Positions 22,045-31,824 of a stretch of 64,000 nt of DNA are shown here, in pieces. The number at the start of each line of letters is the position of its first letter. Position 1 is the stretch's first letter. The DNA is from an uncultured delta proteobacterium (lineage in GTDB: Bacteria; Myxococcota_A; Polyangia; Polyangiales; Houyiibacteriaceae): NCBI GenBank assembly GCA_963699755.1, contig CAVOVB010000001.1, positions 384,001 through 448,000 on the forward strand, in the 5' to 3' direction. Made by a program: the position numbers and the translations under genes. The notes beneath the pieces are model-generated. The model was given only the letters and a program-made list of their open reading frames with translations. It was not told the DNA's origin and ran no database searches.

Positions 22045-22242
22045 GGTCACCTCCTCTCCTCATAAAGATTGGTGAATCCTTCTTTAGAGACCGCGGTCTC
22101 CAGACGATCGGGCCGGATGCTAGTGGGGGCGCGCGCAACTGCAAGTCCGATTGGTGCGTGGCGCAAACTTTGCGCGTGTGGGAAACGCGAGTCCATCCTC
22201 ATCTGTGGGCGTCGTTTCGAGCTCCTGGCACAAACCGCGACC

Positions 22243-23190
22243 CGTCCGAAGAGCAAACGCTCCCGCGACGAGGCTGCTTACGATTCGGACCCGCGGCGTC
22301 AGGAACGCTTTGACTTGAAGAGGTCCGCGCTCTCTTGCACCAGCGCTAAGAAGACGGCGCCGAGGCCGCCGAGACGCAACGAACGCACCGGTCCCATGGC
22401 TCCACCCCTGAGGTGAGCGCGGTCAACAAGCCCAAGCGTCGTCGAGCTCGGGGGGTGCTCGAGCGGGCGCAAGCTCGACCGGGTGCGCAGGGAGACCGAG
22501 ATGGCGGAGGATTCCGCGGATGGCGCTCGACAGCATGATGGCGGCCACGAAACGCAGCCGGCCACTGCAGTTGGGGCACTCGAGGACATCGATGTCGAGG
22601 CCGCGGCGCATCAGCTCGGCCAAGGTACGATCGTAGGAGCCGGCGACCTTCCTCGGGCTGCTTGCCGATGATGCGCCGTCGACGCGCAGCCGTCCAAAGT
22701 CCATGACCTCGCGACGCCACTTGGCGTTCGGCGCGAGCATGCCGTGATAAACGATGAGGTTGAAGTAGGGCCGCGGAATCATCGCGGCGAGCTTTTCGAG
22801 TAGCTCCAGGGGCTGAAGGGCAAGGTGGCTAGTCCCATCGCGCCATGGTGTCTTGGGTCGGAGGAGCACGGTTCCAGCAGGTGTAAGGGACAAACGGTCC
22901 TCGGCGACCGCGGCCGCAAGAGATATCGGCAAAGGGGCTCCAGCTTGGAGCGGTTCTTCGCACGGACAGACGTGTTGGCGTGAAGGTCCACGACCACAGG
23001 ACCGCATCAAGACTCGTGCTGGGGTTCGCCCCTGCGTTTTCCACGCGTCTCCGATCGATCGCGCTGAAGCGAGGTGGCGGACAGCGTCGGAAAGCTGGCG
23101 GCCGCTACCCTCGGCACATGCGTGGCCTTGGTCTCACCGAAGCCCCAGCCGCGAGCGTGGCGAAGGCGTCGCCGGCGGCAGGAGTGTCTG
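22243..23190 (-). mobile_element. IS91/ISCR-like rolling-circle element remnant (transposase C-terminal half plus oriIS-like end)
   Basis: LCRY / AEDRLS...KTPWRDGTSH...ELLEKLAAMIPRP...YHGMLAPN...CPNCSG (frameshifted); GAGCGTTTGCTCTTCGGAC on minus strand at ~22244-22262. Confidence 0.8.
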
Positions 23191-23292
23191 ATTGATGCCT
23201 AACCCAAAAACAAATGCGTCGCTAAATAGCCCATGTCATGCCGAAGATGACATGTGCGCATGGGAGAATGAACCCCGAACGAACGCCCCACC

Positions 23293-24104
23293 CTACACCA
23301 CCTTCGCAAACCCCCTATCCACCAGCTCCTGATTGAGGTACCGCCCCTTCAAGAACGTCTGCTCAATCCCGCGGTTGTTAAACACGTAGAACACGTGCGC
23401 CACGTAGCGGCCGTGCAAATCGGTCTTTACGGTTTTGATGACGATGGAGCGAGCGACTGCGAGTTGTTCGCGGACGTAGCGGCGGCCACGGGCGCCTTCG
23501 GGGGCGTCGATGCGGGCGAGGCGGATGCGCTGGCGGCGGATGACTTCGAAGCCTAGGTCGATGTCGAGGAGCAGGGTGTCGGCGTCGATGATGTCGCGGG
23601 GCTCGGCTTTGTAGAGGTAGCTTGGGTCGCTGGGGCGGGGGAGCTCGACGGGGGTGCCCGGCTTGCGGGTGATTGCGTCGGTGTAGCGGTTGCCGTTGAT
23701 GGCGACGGTGAGGCGTTTGGCGGAGAGGGTGTCGTCGAGGGCGAGGTCTTCGTAGAAGGCGCGCTCGTCGGGATCTTGGAGCTGCATGAGGACGCGGTAG
23801 TGGGCCCAGGTCAGACCTTGGACGCGCGGGGGGCGTCGGTAGGTTCGGTAGAAGATCACGTGCGTTGGAGGGTGCAAACGCCGATGTCAAGATCGGCGCT
23901 GAGGTCGGTGAGGATGGCGTTGTGGTAGCCGGCTTGGGCGTTGAGCTTCTCTTGGGCGATGCGCTTGCCGATGGCCCAGTAGCTCTCGATCAGCGCCTGG
24001 GTCGCGGCGCGCTCGGCCTCCTCTTTGCCTTCGACGATCATGCGACGGAGGTCGGTGAGGAGCCTCTGGTAGTCGCGTTTGCTCAGGGTGGTGGCTCGGC
24101 GCAT
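23293..24104 (-). pseudogene. DUF1016_N (YhcG N-terminal) fused to thermonuclease-like domain; one frameshift near 23858
   Basis: SYWAIGKRI, LTWAHYRVL...ERAFYE (DUF1016_N); IIDADT, RIRLARIDAPE, DLHGRYVAHV, LNQELVDRGFA (SNase). Confidence 0.75.
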
Positions 24105-24180
24105 TACATCTCTTCCCTAAAGGACGAGATTATCATCATTTGAGCTCGGTGGCGGGTCGGTTCAAGCTTGCCGAGGAGAA

Positions 24181-24678
24181 ATGGCTTCGTACTTGGAACT
24201 CGGTCCCGGCTACGGATCGGCCGAAGACGAGGGCTTCGTCGTGAAGCACCGCGCGCGCTGCCATTGCGGGGCGGTTCGCTACGAAGTCTGTGCAGACCCG
24301 GTTGATGCGAAGATCTGCCATTGCCGCGCCTGCCAGGTGTTGCATGGAGCGCCGATGCAATGGGCGGCCATCTTTCACAAGCGTGATGTGCGGCTCGTCG
24401 CTGGACTCGAGGCGCTGCGCTTCTACAACGGCGAGCTCGACCGGCCCAAGAGAGTGTTGCCCTGTAAGGTGAGCTGCGCGCGTTGCGGCACGCTCATCGC
24501 AGACGAAGGGCGCAGCATGTGGCTGGCGTTCCCGACGCTCTTCGACTTCGGGGCGCCTCCGCAAGTGCCCGACACCTTCCGCCCCACCTGCCACATCTTC
24601 TACGCCACGCGCGCGATAGATATGGACGACGGCCTACCGAGGTGGTCGGGACACAAGAACGAATCGACGTTGCTTTGA
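24181..24678 (+). CDS. GFA/CENP-V family Zn-binding protein
   Basis: CHCGAVRY, CHCRAC, CARCGT, PTCHIFY; GAGGAG RBS. Confidence 0.9.
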   Translation: MASYLELGPGYGSAEDEGFVVKHRARCHCGAVRYEVCADPVDAKICHCRACQVLHGAPMQWAAIFHKRDVRLVAGLEALRFYNGELDRPKRVLPCKVSCARCGTLIADEGRSMWLAFPTLFDFGAPPQVPDTFRPTCHIFYATRAIDMDDGLPRWSGHKNESTLL

Positions 24679-24921
24679 GCTGCGCAGCGAGCGACTGAGA
24701 CCCCACAAGCCATGACCAGAAACGGCAGATCGGTTTCGAGACGCTGTGCGATGGGCCCTCGGTGGCGAGGAGCCCGCGGAGCGCTTCTTCGTACTCATCG
24801 GCCGTAGGGATTTTCGTTCCTGGGCGAGCGCCCCCGCGGCGAGCGACCGAGGCGCACTTGCGTGCGCCGCAGGGAGCGAGCGAGGAGGTAAGCCGGCCAG
24901 GGGCGAAAACACCCCGGCCGA

Positions 24922-24967
24922 TGGTGGGCCATCCTGGACTCGAATCAGGAGCCAATGGGTTAAGAAA
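24922..24967 (-). other. Degenerate tRNA 3' half (probably Lys), att-like scar
   Basis: Reverse complement TTCTTAACCCATTGGCTCCTGATTCGAGTCCAGGATGGCCCACCA: anticodon arm, T-loop, CCA. Confidence 0.6.
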
Positions 24968-25130
24968 AGCGATCGGCCTGTCGCTTTCCCCTGTGAGACG
25001 CGAGATTTTAGGAAATTGGCGAGACACCTGGTGTCGCAGAACGACAGGAAACGACACTCGAACCTCGGCCGTCACACCGAATATGACACCAACATCGGGC
25101 ACACGGCAGCTCGGCGTGCCCGGCTCACCA

Positions 25131-25235
25131 AGGCGCTCTCCCGACACACGGGACCTTTCGGTGAGCCCGATTGCACAGAACTAGATGTTAGGTCGCGTGG
25201 GGCGCGAAACTGAAAGGGCGTTGGTTCTTCCTAGG
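25131..25235 (-). repeat. Dispersed repeat copy D (inverted)
   Basis: Plus strand ATTGCACAGAA-CTAGATG-TTAGGTCGCGT...GAAAGGGCGTTGGTTCTTCCTAGG. Confidence 0.75.
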
Positions 25236-25242
25236 TTCTCAC

Positions 25243-26394
25243 TCACTGATGGGGGTCGTCGGTGCGCTTCGATTCGAAGTCCGGGGGAGGGGGACTCCCT
25301 ATCCAGCCGCGGCGTTTGAAGTAGAACGCCATTCCGACCGCCACGCTGATCATCACGCCCCAGACGACGAAGTAGCCATTCCGACTTCGCAATTCGGGCA
25401 TGTACTCGAAGTTCATGCCGTAGATGCCTGCGACGAACGTGAGCGGGATGAACGTGCTCGCCATCAAGGTGAGTACCTTCATGATCTCGTTCGTACGATG
25501 GCTGACGTTCGACAGATAGGCGTCCGCCAGGTCGGAGGCCATGTCTCTCGATGAATCGATGAGCTCGGCAATCTGCGCGATGTGGTCGTACGTATCACGG
25601 AGGTAGACGCGTTCTTGCTCGCCGAAAAACGTGCTTTGTTCACGGAGCATAGCGTTGAGCGCCTCCCGTTGAGGCCAGGCGACCCTCCGCAGCACGACCA
25701 GCTTGCGTCGGAGCGCCCGAATGCGATCGAGGACGTCAGGGTGAGGGTTCTCGAGCACGAGCTCTTCGAGCTCTTCGAGCCCGTCGGAAAGGCCTTGAAC
25801 GATCGGGTAGTAGCGGTCGATCATCGCGTCCATGAGTGCGTAGGCAAGATAGCCCGGACCCCTCGAACGGATCGCTCCGAGGCCGGCGGTGATCCGCTCA
25901 CGAATCGGATCGAAGAATCCGAAGTACCGCTCCTGGAACGTGAGCAGATAGTGTTTGCCGACGATGAAACAGACTTGGGGAGTCCGCACGTTCCCGTGAT
26001 CGTCCACGCGAGGCGTGCGTGCGATGATCAACTGGTGATTTTCGTACAACTCGGTTTTCGCCCGTTGCGGCACGTTCACAGCGTTCTCGAGCGCCAAGGG
26101 ATGCAGGCCGAACGTGTCACCAATTGTGCGAATGGTCGCCTCGTCGCCCAGCCCCTGCACGTCGATCCAAGTCGTTCGACCGTCGTCCTGCAGCGCCTTC
26201 AGCTCGGAGGGGCTCTGGATTTCAATTCGCTCGACCGAGTGTTCGTCGTATCGAACCACCGCGATCTTCGGAAACGGAGAGCCAGGTGGGATCGCCAATG
26301 TCCCGGGGCGTGAGCCAATTTCGGGGTTGTGCTTCTCGAACAAAGGTGCCTCTCTACGTCGCGTCGTCTCTCGTCCTGGATCTTGCTCTTCCAT
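25243..26394 (-). CDS. corA: Magnesium/cobalt transporter CorA
   Basis: TWIDVQGL, LHPLALE, NEIMKVLT, GIYGMNF, MPEL. Confidence 0.95.
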   Translation of the reverse strand: MEEQDPGRETTRRREAPLFEKHNPEIGSRPGTLAIPPGSPFPKIAVVRYDEHSVERIEIQSPSELKALQDDGRTTWIDVQGLGDEATIRTIGDTFGLHPLALENAVNVPQRAKTELYENHQLIIARTPRVDDHGNVRTPQVCFIVGKHYLLTFQERYFGFFDPIRERITAGLGAIRSRGPGYLAYALMDAMIDRYYPIVQGLSDGLEELEELVLENPHPDVLDRIRALRRKLVVLRRVAWPQREALNAMLREQSTFFGEQERVYLRDTYDHIAQIAELIDSSRDMASDLADAYLSNVSHRTNEIMKVLTLMASTFIPLTFVAGIYGMNFEYMPELRSRNGYFVVWGVMISVAVGMAFYFKRRGWIGSPPPPDFESKRTDDPHQ

Positions 26395-28603
26395 TGTCGG
26401 TGAGGACGCGCACCTCCAAGGGTGCGGAGCTGTCAATGTGAACGTCTCGCTGCGGGAATGCAATCACGAGCTCGTGTTGCCGGAAGAGGTCGTCGATCCG
26501 AAAGCGAACACGACTTTGTACCATCCGCATCTCCATCGGTGAGCGCGCCTTGACCCAAAAATAAACGTCGAAGATCAGTGCGTTGTCGCCGAAATCCTCG
26601 AATATGAGGACCGGCTCGGGGACTTGCAGAATCTGATCATCCTCGTCGATCACTCGCCTTATGAGCTGCTCGACCAGGCGAGTCGGTGACCCGTAGACCA
26701 CGCCCACACTGACTTTCGCGCGTATGAGGTCATCCGACAGCGTCCAGTTCACGACGTTGCTCTCCAAGAAGAAGCTGTTCGGTACGATGATGTGACGACC
26801 GTCGACAGACCGAATCTGTGTGCTGCGCGCGCCAATCTTTTCGATCGTGCCGTGATTGCCATCGACCTCCACGACGTCGTGCGCCCGCACGGGCCGTTCG
26901 AGCATGAGAATCAGCCCGCTGATGAAGTTGTTCATCACGTTCTGACTCCCGAACCCGACCCCTATCGCCAAAGCGCCGCCCAAGACTGTGAACGCGGTGA
27001 GCGGAAAGTGAATCGCGCGGAGAGCGAGCAGCGTGAATGCCGCGAGCAGCGCGTAGAAGCTCAGAGTCCGGAGCGCATGTGCAGCTCCCGCATCGAGCTT
27101 GAAGCGGCGTCGCGTCGTCTGCGCGACAAAGCTCGAGCCGCGCCGCGCCGCCCAAAGCCCGATGAGGAAGAGCAGGATTGCAAGAACGATCGACCCGGTT
27201 GTGATCGAAGCATCGTCGACCGTCGTAATCTCGTAATTCCACAGGTCGCCGGCCGTCTGCGCAGCTTGGGCGACATACTCCTGCCAATCGATGAGCTTCG
27301 TTTGATCACGAATCTCAGCGAGCACGCGCTCGGCAAACCTTAGGTCCGCGGCAGCCGCAGCGGCTTCTGCCTGCTGCTCGTCGTACAATCGAGACAGGGT
27401 GTCGACGTGTTCCAAAAGGGTTCGGTGTAGGTTCGAACCGGCAGGTGCCTTCGCGAGTTGGCGTCGGACCCCGTCGAGGTTGCGCCCGAGCTCCGAGACC
27501 CTCCCTGCGACTTCGCGCTCCATGTCGCCGAGCGCCGCGATCTCTTCTTCGGCCGAAGCTTCCCAGGCTTGCAGGTCGCCTCGAGGGGCCTGCCCTCGGA
27601 CCAAATAGTCCCAGTAGCTCCGGATTTGGCGCTGTCCTTGCTGACGCGAGAGCTGGGCCTGGGTCATTGCGATCTGTCGGCGCAACAGTTCCCGAAGCCC
27701 GGTGAGCGCCTCGACCTCGGCGAGCAACTCGGCCGACGGTTCGGCGCGACGGAGGTAGCGGTTCTGGGCCGCTTCGAGCGCGAGCTCCACACTTGCCAGG
27801 CGCCGCTCGGCAGCCTCGTGCCGCCGCGTGAGACCTCCTTCGCGTTCGGTCAAGGGGCTGACGCTGGGAGGCGAGCCTTCTCCACCTTTCAGAAGCATGT
27901 CGCGCATCTCCTCGATGCGACGTTCAAGCTCGGCGCGAGCTTCTGGATGCGCGACCTCTTGCAGGGCGCGCGCCTCGGTTCGACGCAGATACACTTCCTC
28001 CTGCGCCACGCGGCTTTCCAACTCTCGAAGCTCGAGCATTCTCGCGGCGCCGGCCCTGGCACCGGGCTCGGCCTCGGCGAGGAGGTCTCGCGCTTTCCGT
28101 CGCTCCTTTTCCGCCTGCTCGAGACGGTCCTTTGCGGCTTCGAGCGCGTCACGCGCTGCCCCGAGAAGCGCGTCGCGCTCCTCGCTTTGCGCCGCAATCG
28201 CGAAGTGCAGCTCGTAGAGCGCGTTCAACGCAAGTGGCGAAGGCGCCTCCGGCGGGGGCAGTTGGGACGCCTCTGCTGCCGGAGATGGCCGGGACAGGAT
28301 CGCGGCCTGATTGTCGAGGAGCTCACCGAGTTTGCGGAGTTTGTCTTGGAGGGCGCGCAGGTGGTCGACGTCAGCCTGATCCCCCTCGCGCAGCGTTTCC
28401 TCCAGGGCCCGAAGCTCGGACGTCAGCTCCGATCGACGGGCCGCGATCGCACTGGGGCCGGTCGGGTCCTGTACCGGCGCAGCCTCGCCGCTCGGTCCAC
28501 CAGGCAGGCCCGGAAACTCCTGCGCATCTGCAGTCGCGCAGAGGAGCAGCACGACGGCGACAGTCGAGATCCGGTCGAACGCCGATCGTGTGAACGTGAC
28601 CAT
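26354..28603 (-). CDS. MscS-family mechanosensitive channel with large periplasmic coiled coil
   Basis: GVGFGSQNVMNNFISGLILMLERPV, IIVPNS, VVNWT, IAFPQRDVH. Confidence 0.9.
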   Translation of the reverse strand: MVTFTRSAFDRISTVAVVLLLCATADAQEFPGLPGGPSGEAAPVQDPTGPSAIAARRSELTSELRALEETLREGDQADVDHLRALQDKLRKLGELLDNQAAILSRPSPAAEASQLPPPEAPSPLALNALYELHFAIAAQSEERDALLGAARDALEAAKDRLEQAEKERRKARDLLAEAEPGARAGAARMLELRELESRVAQEEVYLRRTEARALQEVAHPEARAELERRIEEMRDMLLKGGEGSPPSVSPLTEREGGLTRRHEAAERRLASVELALEAAQNRYLRRAEPSAELLAEVEALTGLRELLRRQIAMTQAQLSRQQGQRQIRSYWDYLVRGQAPRGDLQAWEASAEEEIAALGDMEREVAGRVSELGRNLDGVRRQLAKAPAGSNLHRTLLEHVDTLSRLYDEQQAEAAAAAADLRFAERVLAEIRDQTKLIDWQEYVAQAAQTAGDLWNYEITTVDDASITTGSIVLAILLFLIGLWAARRGSSFVAQTTRRRFKLDAGAAHALRTLSFYALLAAFTLLALRAIHFPLTAFTVLGGALAIGVGFGSQNVMNNFISGLILMLERPVRAHDVVEVDGNHGTIEKIGARSTQIRSVDGRHIIVPNSFFLESNVVNWTLSDDLIRAKVSVGVVYGSPTRLVEQLIRRVIDEDDQILQVPEPVLIFEDFGDNALIFDVYFWVKARSPMEMRMVQSRVRFRIDDLFRQHELVIAFPQRDVHIDSSAPLEVRVLTDNGRARSRTRDDAT

Positions 28604-29076
28604 CGCGACCCTTCCTGTATCACGATCGTGTCGAAGCCACTAATACGACTTGGCGCGTCTGCGCGAAGCTTCTGGCTAAGCACCGTTGAGAGCGTTACTC
28701 GCCATGGACGTCGAGCCAACCCACCTCATGAGGATTCAAGTCCTAGCGCTTGGGAGCGCTCTTGGTGCCTGGCAGACTCTCGAATCCGACTTCGAAGTCG
28801 ACCATCGTGGACCCGAGCTCCGCGAGGATGGACGGACCGCCACTGACCGAGGAGCGTCCTTGCCGCCGTTCGATTCGGACGATCGGCATCTCTGATCAGT
28901 CTATCTTCAAGTCTTGGGAAGGCTGCCAAGAGGGTACCGTCTGGATCGGCCGACGCATTTCGGTGCCGCCGGCCCACGTCCCCGTCGGAACGGATCAACA
29001 GCGCGCCTTCAGGTTCGATTTCACAGGCTGCCTCAAGACGAGCGATGCCCTCCAAGGCCGATGAGGTCATGCGTCG

Positions 29077-29115
29077 AGCCTCTTAGCTCATCGGGCTCAT
29101 GCTGAGAGAGCGCCT
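29077..29115 (-). repeat. Dispersed repeat copy E (tail only, inverted)
   Basis: Reverse complement CATGAGCCCGATGAGCTAAGAGG. Confidence 0.55.
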
Positions 29116-29396
29116 CGTCGAAGGCACTGGCTACCATGGTGCCGTGCACCGCGGCATGATGATGCGTGGTGAGAACGTCGCCTCGATGTTTCGTGAAGTG
29201 GAGGGCTCGTGCCCCTCTCTCAGACCGACGAGGAGCGCGATCGGCTGCGACCTGTTGGGCGGCTTGCCCGTTCCGAAGAGCCTCAGCGTTGCACAGAAGC
29301 GAGCGCGGCGGTTTCATCATCGCCGCGGGTCGGGTGCATTGAGAGCGTCCGCATTGACCTGGATCGCGTGAGCGAAATAAGCGCCTCGAAGGCAGC

Positions 29397-30038
29397 CTAT
29401 GGGTTGGGCTCGATCAGCCGTCGGACCATGGCTGCACCCGTAGTGACGCCGAGAACGATCCCACCCGCAACGATCGCCCCCAGGAACCACAGAAGCCCGG
29501 GATTGGCGTCGCCAACGATTCGGAGACTCGCGACGACGACGGTTCCCATCGCGGCCGCGCTCAACCCCCAGCCGACTGCACTTGCTGCCACCCACGAACC
29601 AGCCCGACGAACCTGCGACCGCAAGACACGCCACTGCAACAGGCCGGCGATCGCTCCGCCGCAGGCAGTGACCAGGGTCCACCCCACAATGGCAGCAAGG
29701 CTCCCAAGTTCCTCCAGCTCCTCGGAGTAGCCGAAGATCAGGACTGCAACGCCATAGCCCGCGCCTCCAGCGATACCCAAGCCGGCAGCGCTTGCCGTTA
29801 CCCATGCGCCCGATCCGGAGACGCGCTTCCGAAGGACTCGCCATTGCATCAAGCCCACGGCCAACCCGACGAAGACCCCGAAAACGGAATACGCAAGGAC
29901 GCCCTGAACGGGGCCGGTTCCCACGAGGGGCTCCAAGGAACCGGCCACGTTCAAGCCAACTAGGAACCCTGCGAACCAGCCTGCTGTGGTTCCTCCCACC
30001 CAGAGCCGCCGAAACCGCCGGTCAGAATCGCTGTGCAT
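29397..30038 (-). CDS. Hypothetical multi-TM membrane protein with internal QWRVLR repeat
   Basis: Two G(L/M)xQWRVLR..V...G.WV.ASA.G units; GGAG RBS. Confidence 0.7.
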   Translation of the reverse strand: MHSDSDRRFRRLWVGGTTAGWFAGFLVGLNVAGSLEPLVGTGPVQGVLAYSVFGVFVGLAVGLMQWRVLRKRVSGSGAWVTASAAGLGIAGGAGYGVAVLIFGYSEELEELGSLAAIVGWTLVTACGGAIAGLLQWRVLRSQVRRAGSWVAASAVGWGLSAAAMGTVVVASLRIVGDANPGLLWFLGAIVAGGIVLGVTTGAAMVRRLIEPNP

Positions 30039-30085
30039 GCTTTCTCCATAGCCGATCGAATCCGTCAAACAAAACACGGCTGGTC

Positions 30086-30160
30086 ATAGCGAATTCAAAG
30101 GCCCTGTCTGCGCTGTGAGTCACGCGACCTAGCATCTAGAACCGCGAAATTCAGCTCACG
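30086..30160 (+). repeat. Dispersed repeat copy F (tail replaced by RAYT flank)
   Basis: CATAGCGAATTCAAAGGCCC ... ACGCGACCTAG-CATCTAG-AACCGCGAAATTCAGC. Confidence 0.75.
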
Positions 30161-30169
30161 GACCGCCGC

Positions 30170-30420
30170 GGAGATCCGACCCACGTTGCCCGACACGAAA
30201 CCGTCGCCACGAAGCCGCCAAGCCCCTCGGAGATCCCGCGGAGATCCCGGAGATCCGACCCACGTTGCCCGGAGATCCCGGAGATCCGACCCACCTTGCC
30301 CGAAACGCAGGGAGCTTTGAGGGATTTGGCTGTGATCTCGTGAAGTGGCGCCCGCCGGCGGCCGCGCACGAAACCGTCGCCACGAAGCCGCCAAGCCCCT
30401 GAAATCACGAGATCCCGGCT
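30170..30420 (+). repeat. Repeat array left of RAYT1
   Basis: GGAGATCCGACCCAC(G/C)TTGCCC x3 (30170, 30249, 30280), GGAGATCCC units, 34-bp direct repeat at 30194 and 30367. Confidence 0.9.
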
Positions 30421-30450
30421 CGGCATGGCGTTCGCTTCTATCGACGCGGC

Positions 30451-31368
30451 ATGACCCGACCCCGCATTGTCGATCCGGGTGCTACCTTGGCGCTCTCTCG
30501 GCGGACCACGCGTCGCTATTTCCTCCTGAACCCCGACGAAGCGCGGCAGATGGAGCAGGTGTATTGGTATTGCCTCGCCTACGCGGCGAAGCTCCATGGC
30601 GTCTTGGTTCATGCAGCATGCCTCATGTCGACCCATTCCCATGAGGTCATCACCGATGTGCGAGGGGAGTATCCGAAGTTCCTGCAGACGTTTCACCGCT
30701 ACTTGGCGTTGTGCACCAAGGCCTATCGCGGGTGGCCCGAAGAGGTGTTCAACAAGGATAGCAGTGGCGCCCATGTGTTGCTGACGCCGGAAGCCACCAT
30801 GGAGGCCATCGCCTACCTGATTGCCAACCCCGTCGAGGGAGGAGCCGTACGGTATGCCAAAGACTGGCCCGGGGCGCACACCCTGCCGGCGCACGTCGGG
30901 ACGCGCGTCATCCGGGTGAAGCGGCCCAGGCACTACTTCGACCCCAACAATCCGGAGTGGCCCGAGGAGCTCAAGCTTCGCTTGGAGATGCCGGTCGCAC
31001 TCGAGCTCGACTACGGACCCGAGTTCGCTCGAGCGCGCATCGCGGAGCTGGTGCGGGGCCGACAGCATCAGGCGTGGAACAAGGCCAGGCGCACCGGTCT
31101 CGCGTTTGTGGGTCCGAGGCGTGTACTGCGACTTGCACACACCAAGCGCGCCAAGAGCTACGAGGTCTTCGGGAGCGTGAACCCGCAGTTTGCCACTGCA
31201 GGCAACCGAGTGGCTGCCACCGCGGCGGTGAAGCGGCTCCGGGCATTCCGGGCGCATTACGCACGCGCGCTCGCGGCGTGGACCGCCGGCGACCGAAGCG
31301 CGTTCTTCCCGCAAGGCACCTGGTGGATGCGGGTGTGCCATGGGGCGCGCTGTGGGCCTGGGCCGTAG
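30451..31368 (+). CDS. RAYT-like Y1 HUH transposase
   Basis: HAACLMSTHSHEVITD (HUH), AYLIANPVEGG (Y1), FPQGTWW. Confidence 0.82.
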   Translation: MTRPRIVDPGATLALSRRTTRRYFLLNPDEARQMEQVYWYCLAYAAKLHGVLVHAACLMSTHSHEVITDVRGEYPKFLQTFHRYLALCTKAYRGWPEEVFNKDSSGAHVLLTPEATMEAIAYLIANPVEGGAVRYAKDWPGAHTLPAHVGTRVIRVKRPRHYFDPNNPEWPEELKLRLEMPVALELDYGPEFARARIAELVRGRQHQAWNKARRTGLAFVGPRRVLRLAHTKRAKSYEVFGSVNPQFATAGNRVAATAAVKRLRAFRAHYARALAAWTAGDRSAFFPQGTWWMRVCHGARCGPGP

Positions 31369-31525
31369 CGTACGAAAACCTGGCTGAGGATTTGGCGGCT
31401 GCCCTAGGGAGCAGAAGCGCAGGGGTGTATGGCGAGGGGCCGATTCGCTGCAGAGACGCCGCGAGAAGTCGGCCTTGGGCGATGAAATCGATGGCGCTGG
31501 CTGCCTTCATCGGGACGATTGCACT

Positions 31526-31780
31526 GATCGCACGCTTACGGGCGGTGCTCGACGAGCTCCGTGTGGCTTTGCATCACCGCCAACGTCGGTTGGATCTTTG
31601 TGCATCACCGCCAACGTCGGTTGGATCTTTGATCGCACGCTTACGGGCGGTGCTCGACGAGCTCCGTGTGGCTTTGCATCACCGCCAACGTCGGTTGGAT
31701 CTTTGCATCACCGCCAACGTCGGTTGGATCTTTGATCTGGGTTGGATCTTTGGATCTTTTTTTTGTTGGTTGGATCTTTG
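31526..31780 (+). repeat. Repeat array right of RAYT1
   Basis: GCATCACCGCCAACGTCGGTTGGATCTTT x4 within a ~105-bp tandem duplication, plus TTGGATCTTT echoes. Confidence 0.9.
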
Positions 31781-31824
31781 TCAACTTGCTCGGCGGCGAG
31801 CCAAGCTCCACAACCCTCCGCAGC

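Noticed and set aside
22159..22174. Sigma-54-like TGGCGC-N5-TTGC
   Set aside because: On the plus strand, pointing away from norC toward the IS91 remnant; no gene to drive.
23197..23270. GTTAGGC on the minus strand plus a hairpin after the nuclease gene, as an attC site
   Set aside because: No complementary RYYYAAC box found.
25170..25200. Repeat core read as an integron attI/attC (GTTAGGT fits GTTRRRY)
   Set aside because: No intI in the window, no RYYYAAC...GTTRRRY palindromes, and copies occur in both orientations. An attI-like origin is not fully excluded.
30170..30420. Possible CRISPR array or repeat-protein ORF
   Set aside because: Irregular spacing built from the same subunits; better explained as the RAYT flank.
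31526..31780. Possible CRISPR array
   Set aside because: Intervening sequences are identical or absent, so there are no unique spacers; no cas genes.
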